A stretch of DNA of 64,000 bases, taken from assembly GCA_964016885.1 (NCBI GenBank), contig OZ024743.1:332382001-332446000 (forward strand), given 5' to 3'. The DNA is from Eledone cirrhosa (lineage: Eukaryota). Positions 1-8,789 of the stretch are shown here, in pieces (the first letter of the stretch is position 1; the number at the start of each line of letters is the position of its first letter). Both the position numbers and the translations under genes were made by a program. The notes beneath the pieces were generated by a model. It was not told where the DNA came from. It did not search any database and saw nothing but the letters and a program-made list of their open reading frames with translations.

Positions 1-842
1 CGAGGAATTTAGGAGCAGTTTAGGTATGATACATTTTATTACTAATTATATCTAAATGTTTCTTCTCTCTTCATAATGTATTTTTAACTCTGATACTGGT
101 TCAGTCTAGTTCAACTGAATTGGTCTGTCCCAGTCATTCATTGAGCAACATCGGTGAAGTTGGCACCCTTAACTCACAGTTGGGTGCGGATGCATTCATG
201 TATATATGTGTGTGTCCGCATGTATCTGTGTGTTTCTAAATATATTGTTAATAACTCCCTCTGGTCGAGCAATCTTTGAAGTGTGGGGACAGCTGGAAAG
301 CTTCCATTACTCATACTTCTCGCCTTCTTCACCACCTCTTCTGCGGCCTCGATATAAATACCCCCTCCGCCTCCGTGGTATTTTCTTCGAGGTTATAGGA
401 GGCTTAGCTCTGTTTCTCGACCGTTATATCGCGCGACTATCTCCCCCTCCGCCTTTTGGGATTCTTTCTCACGTCGTGTAGACGCGTTCTTGAGACTAGT
501 AAAATGAGGTATCCTCTTGATAAGTCGGCAGACCTCGCAAGGACTCTATGTCTTTATGATATATTGTTTTTGTTTATGCCACGAAACTACGTAGTCGAGG
601 AATTTAGGAGCAGTTTAGGTATGATACATTTTATTACTAATTATATCTAAATGTTTCTTCTCTCTTCATAATGTATTTTTAACTCTGATACTGGTTCAGT
701 CTAGTTCAACTGAATTAGTCTGTCCCAGTCATTCATTGAGCAACATCGGTGAAGTTGGCACCCTTAACTCACAGTTGGGTGCGGATGCATTCATGTATAT
801 ATGTGTGTGTCCACATGTATCTGTGTGTTTCTAAATATATTG

Positions 843-845
<3 letters not shown>
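1..845 (+). mobile_element. 595-bp tandem unit (about 1.4 copies in window), Penelope-like pseudo-LTR / retrozyme-like repeat
   Basis: 1-250 recurs nearly identically at 596-845 (period 595). The unit has a TATA-like gatataaata (351-360) and a hammerhead at 512-601, and ends in a (TA)n tract. The PLE assignment is inferred from this architecture. Confidence 0.7.
512..601 (+). ncRNA. Type I hammerhead ribozyme (U3-A8 core variant)
   Basis: Stem I tcctc(512-516)/gagga(597-601); core TTGATAA(517-523); stem II gt-c-ggca/tgccac; GAAA at 583-586; palindromic stem III actacgtagt; GTC triplet 594-596. Confidence 0.8.

Positions 846-894
<49 letters not shown>
846..894. repeat. (TA)n microsatellite
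   Basis: Pure TA run. Confidence 0.97.
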
Positions 895-897
<3 letters not shown>

Positions 898-1223
898 AAA
901 GTTCTATTTAAAGTTGTTGGAATACAAGTAAATATTTTTATAACTGATATAAAGCACTCGACAAATTTTTGGAGTAGATACAAAACATTTATTTACAAAA
1001 AAGGAATTTATCTTACCGGTTTCAATGAAGTGTTGTTGGGCTTCTTCATGCTATGGAAGTGTATAATAAAACTTGTAATGGAGTTAAGTTGTGTATTAAT
1101 AAGAATATGGTATAAAAGAACATGGTTTACATACATATATATATAGAAGAGTTCACATTTTTGTTTATTGCTTTCTCTCTTTCTCTCATTCTTGATGGTT
1201 TTGACTATAACTGCTATAGCTAT
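895..1223 (-). mobile_element. Probable PLE pseudo-LTR fragment with 3' half of a hammerhead
   Basis: Flanked by (TA)n on both sides. The minus strand at about 1049-1007 reads atgaag..cttcat-t-GAA-accggt-A-agataaa (stem II, GAAA, palindromic stem III, GUA). The CUGANGA half is not recognisable. Confidence 0.4.
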
Positions 1224-1241
1224 AGTCACTTCTCAACATTC

Positions 1242-1298
<57 letters not shown>
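1224..1298. repeat. (TA)n microsatellite
   Basis: Pure TA run. Confidence 0.97.
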
Positions 1299-1302
<4 letters not shown>

Positions 1303-2089
1303 GTTGAAAAAGTGGCTTCCTTGTTCAATCATCTTACCAGAAGCCTAACATTATTTATGTAAGCGGACAGTACTTGATTTAGGAGTCGCAGAAACCCAAA
1401 TGCTGGATTTTACCAACCATCCAGGGGTCCGGGTAAATTTTCAATCACATATATTTTTATTTGTTTGACCCGAATTACTTGGTCGTATTTTTGGCTGTGC
1501 GGATGATTGTTTAACCATCGTCTCAGTGTGTTTGGCCTTTAACGTATGTCGTAGCTCTGGTTCATCTGAATCATTGAGCGCTTGCCACACATCTCGGAAG
1601 TTGTTTATCGTTAATTCTTAAGCCGAAATACGATTCTCGGTAATTTATATTTGTATATATATATATAAATTCACGAAATCACATTACCACGGGGTACTTC
1701 TCGAATGAATGGTACTGCAGCATCGTGCCACACACTATCTTACTCAATGCTAACTGAAATAAAATCCAGTAACAGAATATTTCACTAACAGAATCAGTGC
1801 TGTAGTCAACACAATAATTAGGGTTATCAACAAAAATGAACATGAAAAACAAACGATCGACCATCAAAATTATTGATATATCCCTCAAATTAATTACGGT
1901 CGTCAACAAAATTAATACAACTAACATTAAACAATCGATAATGGAGTCAGTCAATAAAAATATCAAAAAATATTGATATATACCCAAACCAGCGCTAGTT
2001 TTACCAAAAGCTGATCTGCTAGTAACAATTGCATCATTCACCCGGAACTGGCATATAGATCTTCAGTATGTATTGTCCAGGAAACAACA

Positions 2090-2361
2090 CAGGGTTGGAT
2101 TTCGGGGGTGCCCATACACAAAAGAACATAATACACAGGCCCCCCCCCCCCAATTTAACATATCAAAGTTAGCTTGGCGAAAGTAATTGGAATTGAAAAG
2201 TTATACATACAGGTATTAAATTCAAAAATTCTAACCAACCTAAAACTGAAAAGCACAGCTGAGGGCACAAATGAATTACTACGGCCGTCGCTGGTGAGGC
2301 CCCCACTGCAGGGGCCCGGGGTAATTGCCTCCCTTTGCCCCCCTCATTAAATCCGGCTATG
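2090..2361. mobile_element. Possible hAT-like MITE
   Basis: Degenerate TIRs cagggttggattt / aaatccggctatg with GC-rich subterminal ggggccc/gccccc motifs; no intact 8-bp TSD seen. Confidence 0.35.
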
Positions 2362-2674
2362 AACATTGGAAAAAACGACATTTTTTTCTGGTATTCACCA
2401 GCTCCGCTTTCATGTCTGCCACCACATTTAAAATAATTATGTGTTTGTGTGTGTGTGTGTGTAGTATATACACATGTTGGGGGTGGGTATATGCATATAT
2501 AATGTTAAACAATGAAAGAATAAGAAGAAAAAAAACAAGTTGAAGAAAATAATGAATCTATTGTTTTACGATCGTTTCAAAGAGCAAAATTATGGATGTG
2601 CAAACTAATTGATGCCAATTATGCAACTCCATACCATCAACCTTAAAAAAGAACATCCACAGCGCTGCAGATGC

Positions 2675-2706
2675 GTGTGTACACACACACACACACACAT
2701 ACACAC

Positions 2707-2802
<96 letters not shown>

Positions 2803-2811
2803 GTGTGTGTG
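2675..2811. repeat. Compound (CA)n-(TA)n-(TG)n microsatellite
   Basis: Direct reading. Confidence 0.95.
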
Positions 2812-3322
2812 AGGCAGCGTTTTTTTTTTCCATTGTCTTTGTCCTGTGCGCACCCTATTTTTAATATATATATATATATATGGAAAGATTTGAAATCTGT
2901 TGGTGACAATGGACGAAACCAGTGTCAAATTTTGTGAGCAGGCTGTTATGTTCATAGAATCATCTGGAACACCCATCGTCGTAACCGACGTGTGTCCAAC
3001 ATACACACACACATCTGTATTAACATATTAGATATATAAAAAGTGGGATTGGTCAAATTCAAAGCCTTTTTCATCACTTGGTCATAACGACTTTTCTCTT
3101 TCGCTACAGCATATACAGAAAGGAATCTAAGTCCTTGGGGGGGGGGGTCATATTTGTGCTGCCTAGGTATGAGGAAAAGGTCAACGGATGGCAATTCTCG
3201 AAACTGAGATGCAGATATTATGACGGTGAGATACCAGCACGCACACATTGCGTGTGTCTGTGTGTGTGCATATGTTTGTATGGGTATGTGTCTACATATG
3301 TATGTATGTGCATGTGTTTGTA

Positions 3323-3356
<34 letters not shown>

Positions 3357-3484
3357 TTTAAGCGTTGTCAAAAAGTTTTTCCTCGAATAGCAGAAACTGT
3401 AAATTATCGTAAGAAATATAAAACACTTTAGAAATATAAAACACTTTTCAATTTCAAACTTTTACATTCTGTATTTAAATACCA

Positions 3485-3485
<1 letters not shown>

Positions 3486-3553
<68 letters not shown>
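3486..3553. repeat. (CA)n microsatellite
   Basis: Direct reading. Confidence 0.97.
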
Positions 3554-3558
<5 letters not shown>

Positions 3559-3652
3559 TTAACCTCTTTATCACTTCCAATGATTATCTTTACATCTTTC
3601 TGACCAATACTGAATATTGAAATAGTTGATGTGATTCATCGATATATATATA

Positions 3653-4211
3653 CTAGTTAAAGTACTCGTCCTTTGGACGGTTCAAGTAGCTCTCGATGTA
3701 GCTCATTAAACTAAACAAAGTAAATTTGAATACATAGAAGAAAAACGTACTTTATGTAAACATGAAAACCTTAGGCACTATTCCAGCGAAATAATTAATA
3801 TGTTATCCCATGTAACAACAGAAATCCAGTCTAGGTATAATTTTTTTTGACAACAGTGAAACCTTTTGTTTCAAGTACAAGGAGTAAAGTAAAATCCGAA
3901 TGAGCCGAATTGTAATAATCAAACTCCAAAAACAAAATTTTTGACAACATCAAAAATGAGTTATTATTGTGTTGACGAAAGATAACTCTTGTCTTACTTA
4001 ATCACGAACATTGATACAATACCCGAAACTTTTTTAATGTCTCCAAAGGCCCCAATATCGATTTTTGAAAGCCTTTGTAGATCATGTACAGGTTTTGTGC
4101 AAGGAGAAGCTCTGTAAAAAATTTCAAGAAATCGCATGAATGGTTTAGAATATATGAACCCTCATTAAAAATTGTCCACACACAGAGAAAACATCAGCTT
4201 TATATATATAC

Positions 4212-4214
<3 letters not shown>
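3653..4214 (-). mobile_element. Non-autonomous Helitron (about 560 bp)
   Basis: Minus strand starts A|TCTGTATATATATAAAG (4214) and ends CTAG|T (3653), with hairpin cgtcc-aaa-ggacg (3667-3679) about 10 nt before the CTAG. These match the 5'-TC, 3'-hairpin-CTRR and A|T insertion hallmarks. Confidence 0.7.

Positions 4215-4296
<82 letters not shown>
4215..4296. repeat. (TA)n microsatellite
   Basis: Pure TA run. Confidence 0.97.
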
Positions 4297-4300
<4 letters not shown>

Positions 4301-6440
4301 AATATGAGAATAAACGTGCTGTGGAGTTGCAAATGGGTTACATATGAATAAAGTGGTCCTTCATCAGTGATCTTCCAACCATCATCGGTATTTCTTCGCT
4401 TTAAAGATCATATACCTCCGGTTGGTGCGAGCAACGGCTAAAGAAAATCGTTGGGACATGTAAATAAAGGGAACAGCGAGAGTGTAAACAAACAAAGATG
4501 GTGAAGCAACGAAAAGTGAGGAAGAGCGAGTCAAGTCCAAAAATTTCCATGAATATAAGTTCGGTGAAATCGTGAACGAGAGAGAATAAAGACCATCAAA
4601 CCTGGTTGAAATGTGAGCAAGGAAGGAATTTCGCACAGGTCTAACGGGAGGAAGAAGGGGTCTAGTCTGTGAATTCGGTAAACATAAGTTCTGTGAAATC
4701 GTAGACGAGAGAGAGAAAAAATGCCGACCGGCCTGGCCAAGCGTGCGAAAGAAAAGAATTACGCACAGGTCAAACGGGAAGAAGGAGAAGGAGGAGAGGT
4801 AGTAACAGAGAGTGAGTGAGTGAAGGGTGAGGAAGAGGCTAACAGAGAGAATGACTGTTAGAGAGGGTAAAGATACAGAGAAAGAGGAAGCAGTAAGAAC
4901 GAAATAGACGGGTCACAGCGGGAGAAAAAAATATGTGTAAATAAGAGAATAAACGTGCTGCGGAGTTGCAAATGGGTTACATATGAATAAAGTGGTCCTT
5001 CATCAGTGATCTTCCAACCATCATCGGTATTGCTTCGCTTTAAAGACCATATACCTCCGGTTGGTGCGAGCAACGACTAAAGAAAGTCGTTGGGACATGT
5101 AAATAAAGGGAACAGCGAGATGATGGTTGGAAGATCACTGATGAAGGACCACTTTATTCATATGTAACCCATTTGCAACTCCGCAGCACGTTTATTCTCA
5201 TATTTACACATATTTTTTTCTTCCGCTGTGACCCGTCTATTTCGTTCTTACTGCTTCCTCTTTCTCTGTATCTTTACCCTCTCTAACAGTCACTCTCTCT
5301 GTTAGCCTCTTCCTCACCCTTCACTCACTCACTCTCTGTTACTACCTCTCCTCCTCCTCCTTCTTCCCGTTTGACCTGTGCGTAATTCTTTTCTTTCGCA
5401 CGCTTGGCCAGGCCGGTCGGTATTTTTTCTCTCTCTCGTCTACGATTTCACAGAACTTATGTTTACCGAATTCACAGACTAGACCCCTTCTTCCTCCCGT
5501 TAGACCTGTGCGAAATTCCTTCCTTACTCATATTTCAACCAGGTTTGATGGTCTTTATTCTCTCTCGTTCACGATTTCACCGAACTTATATTCATGGAAA
5601 TGTTTGGACTTGACTCGCTCTTCCTCACTTTTCGTTGCTTCACCATCTTTGTTTGTTTACACTCTCGCTGTTCCCTTTATTTACATGTCCCAACTACTTT
5701 CTTTAGTCGTTGCTCGCACCAACCGGAGGTATATGGTCTTTAAAGCGAAGAAATACCGATGATGGTTGGAAGATCACTGATGAAGGACCACTTTATTCAT
5801 ATGTAACCCATTTGCAACTCCGCAGCACGTTTATTCTCATATTTACACATATTTTTTTCTCCCGCTGTGACCCGTCTATTTCGTTCTTACTGCTTCCTTT
5901 TTCTCTGTATCTTTACCCTCTCTAACAGTCACTCTCTCTGTTAGCCTCTTCCTCGCCCTTTACTCACTCACTCTCTGTTACTACCTCTCCTCCTCCTCCT
6001 TCTTCCTGTTTGACCTGTGCGTAATTCTTTTCTTTCGCACGCTTGGCCAGGCCGGTCGGCATTTTTTCTCTCTCTCGTTTACGATTTCACAGAACTTATG
6101 TTTACCGAATTCACAGACTAGACCCCTTCTTCCTCCCGTTAGACCTGTGCGAAATTCCTTCCTTGCTCACATTTCAACCAGGTTTGATGGTCTTTATTCT
6201 CTCTCGTTCACGATTTCATCGAACTTATATTCATGGACATTTTTGGACTTGACTCGCTCTTCCTCACTTTTCGTTGCTTCACCATCTTTGTTTGTTTACA
6301 CTCTCGCTGTTCCCTTTATTTACATGTCCCAACGACTTTCTTTAGCCGTTGCTCGCACCATCCGGAGGTATATGGTCTTTAAAGCGAAGAAATACCGATG
6401 ATGGTTGGAAGATCACTGATGAAGGACCACTTTATTCATA
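4297..6440. mobile_element. 639-bp unit in inverted + tandem arrangement (about 1.3 copies on -, about 2.1 copies on +), PLE-pLTR-like
   Basis: Marker ctgatga at 5138, 5777 and 6416 (+) and tcatcag at 4361 and 5000 (-), all 639 apart. Inversion junction at 5119-5120 (2-nt ga overlap). (TA)n on both flanks. The repeat structure is certain; the PLE origin is inferred. Confidence 0.75.
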
Positions 6441-6451
6441 TATATATATAT

Positions 6452-6574
6452 GAAGGCGTGTGGCTGGCTGAGTGGTTAGAGAATTGGATTCACAATCTTG
6501 AGGTTGTGAGTTCGATTCCTGGACCGGGCGATGCGTTATGTCCTTGAGCAAGACACTTTATTTCACGTTGCTCC
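6452..6574 (+). mobile_element. tRNA-derived SINE with CORE-like segment
   Basis: A-box tggctgagtggttag, B-box gagttcgattcc (6508-6519), then tgtccttgagcaagacactt; homologous to 18909-19020. Confidence 0.8.
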
Positions 6575-6688
6575 GATAGTTGCGACCGATAGATAATATT
6601 AGCCACTGGAAAGACCAACGGAAACATTGTTTCCTCGGTCCGATTTGATGAAAGTCGATCGATCCTTTATATATATATATATATTATA

Positions 6689-6727
6689 TAACTGTTCAAA
6701 TGGCCGGAGCTCAGCTGTCGGGTTCCC
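6689..6727 (+). mobile_element. Diverged fragment of the half-hammerhead family (cf. 13709, 14443, 16859)
   Basis: taactgttcaaatggccggagctcagctgtcgggttc aligns with tagctgttgaaacggcaagagctcagccgtcggggtc at about 16956-16991; preceded by (TA)n. Confidence 0.55.
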
Positions 6728-7559
6728 GAATTTTTCATATATATACAAATATATACACACACACTCAATCTCTATATACTGAGTCTCTGCGGACGAATCT
6801 CTACTTCACTAATGTATATATATATATATATATGAGAGAGAGAATAGAGAGAATATTTGTGTGTGCGTGTGTGTATGTTTGAAGAAATTATTAATACGTA
6901 TGAAATTAAGAATTTGGTCTGTTTTTCTTTTTTTTTTACGTATATTTCATCTTCATCTGGTTATTTCAATTGTAGTTAATATAACCAATACATCGCCACT
7001 GATAGAAATTGAGGCACTTTTCTGAAGCAGTACAAATGTACCTATTATAAGTGGTCGCTTTTTAACATTTCTAGCATAGAATATTCCAACTTTGATACTG
7101 ACTTATGTAGAGAAATAGAAATTTGTTTAAATATCGACATCAAACAGACATGAACTGATCTCAGAGAGAAGATCAAATGAACGAGAAAAATGGAAAAATA
7201 TTTTCTAGTTTCTATATATTTTATTTTGATGTTTTAAATTATTTTTATCGTTTTTTTTTTTTCAGGAATCCTCTTTAGGTAAAAAAAAAAAAAAATCACC
7301 TTTTTCTTGAAAAATATTTTATTTAATTAGATAAAAGTAAGGTGTATTAATGTAAACATCAGCTACCGTAATGTGGATGTCTAATGTTATAATGTTGTAA
7401 TAATGGCGAAATTATTTCTGCTAAAACAATTTTTTTGCCTTTTCCAAATTAATTATACCAGTCTATCTTGTGGATATTGAAAAGTAAATATATATTTTTT
7501 TACAAATGACTGAACATAAGTTTTAATTTACTTCTACAGATGATTAGGTATGACATTTT

Positions 7560-8097
7560 TATCGTACTTCTGTCATAATTCTATTGTACCTCTATCGTTG
7601 GTCTATCATAGTTCCGTCATAGTTCCGTCATAGTTCCGTCATACTTCCGTCATAATTCCATCATAGTTCCGTCATAGTTCTGTCATAGTTGTCATAGTTC
7701 TGTCATAGTTCTATCATAATTTTGTCATAATTCTATCATAGTTCCATCATAGTTCTGTCATAATTCCATCAGTTATATCATAATTCCATCATCGTTATAT
7801 CATAGTATTATCATAGTTTTATCATAATTACATCATAGTTCTATCATTGTACTGTCATAGTTCCGTCATAGTTCTGTCATAGTTGTCATAGTTCTATCAT
7901 AGTTCCGTCAGAGGTCTATCATAGTTCCATTGAAGTCCTATCATAGTTCCATCATAATTCCTCCATAATTCCGTCATAATTTCATCAAAATTCCGTCATA
8001 GTTCAGTCATAATTCCATCATAATTCCATCATAGTTCTGTCATAGTGCCATCATAATTCGTCATAGTTCTGTCATAATTCAATCATAGTTCTATCAT
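7560..8097. repeat. 11-bp minisatellite (consensus about RTCATAGTTCY)
   Basis: About 45-50 degenerate copies of gtcatagttcc/atcataattcc. Confidence 0.92.
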
Positions 8098-8164
8098 ACA
8101 ATTTGCGGAACAAATTCAATCTTAATAACTATATAAAAATATTAGCTCTTTTAATAACAAACTG

Positions 8165-8229
8165 CCTAAACCTCAGCCTGGTACTATGATACAAAAGTAC
8201 CCTAAAACTCAGCCTGGTACTATGATACA
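8165..8229. repeat. 36-bp local tandem duplication
   Basis: cctaaa.ctcagcctggtactatgataca at 8165 and 8201. Confidence 0.85.
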
Positions 8230-8283
8230 CAACTGTCAGCTTCTAGGTGTTTTTATTTATCAGAATATCTTCCATCACGAATT

Positions 8284-8761
8284 TGTTAGAACCTGTAGTA
8301 AGAGTTGCCTCCCTTGTTGTGACGATCACATCACCAATAGATTAACGCTCTCTAGACAGGAAGTAGCTGGAGTTGCTTCCCGTTGGGGTGGCAGAACCCT
8401 TTTTGTCACTTCCGTCTTGAGACCCTATAAAAGGGATACTCAGAGCGATCTCTACCTCTCATTTGCCTTTCGGCTCCTGGCCTTCTAACCTCCCTGGCCC
8501 TTCGGCCAGGCGCGTTCGTCTGGCAACCCTAACATGGCCTCTTGCGAGCTAACTTCAAAACGGTAACAAATAACTTTACTTCATTCTTTCATCTACTACT
8601 CATTGACATGTCAACTATACTGTTCTATATAACCTCAACTTGTTAATTAAACGTTATATACACAACTGGGACTTTTGTTATATTCATACACACCAGTATT
8701 TTGTTATAAACCCTTATTAAGTTATGTTGCTAATACGAGATTAATGAGGGAGCCATTAACA
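8284..8761 (+). mobile_element. Candidate solo LTR / promoter-like island
   Basis: TGTTA..TAACA termini, CCAAT (about 8334), TATAAAA (8426-8432) and ATTAAA (8646-8651) in LTR order; GC-richer than flanks; TSD not exact (gaatt vs agaat). Confidence 0.35.
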
Positions 8762-8789
8762 AGAATGAGGTCTTGTGAAGTAAGTTTAG

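Noticed and set aside
1679-2041. 120-aa hydrophobic ORF
   Set aside because: AT-rich low-complexity translation, non-ATG start and no recognisable motif
5733-5790. Hammerhead in the 639-bp unit (ctgatga-aggacca, with complementary tggtctt upstream)
   Set aside because: No correctly placed GAAA (taaa follows instead) and no stem III or stem I could be built; at most a remnant half
4382-6401. Repeated 69-84 aa ORFs in the 639-bp unit
   Set aside because: Short, overlapping, mostly non-ATG starts and no recognisable domain; the repetition just reflects the DNA repeat
6452-6525. tRNA gene (also 18909-18975)
   Set aside because: A and B boxes are present but there is no acceptor stem or clean cloverleaf, and the sequence continues into a SINE body
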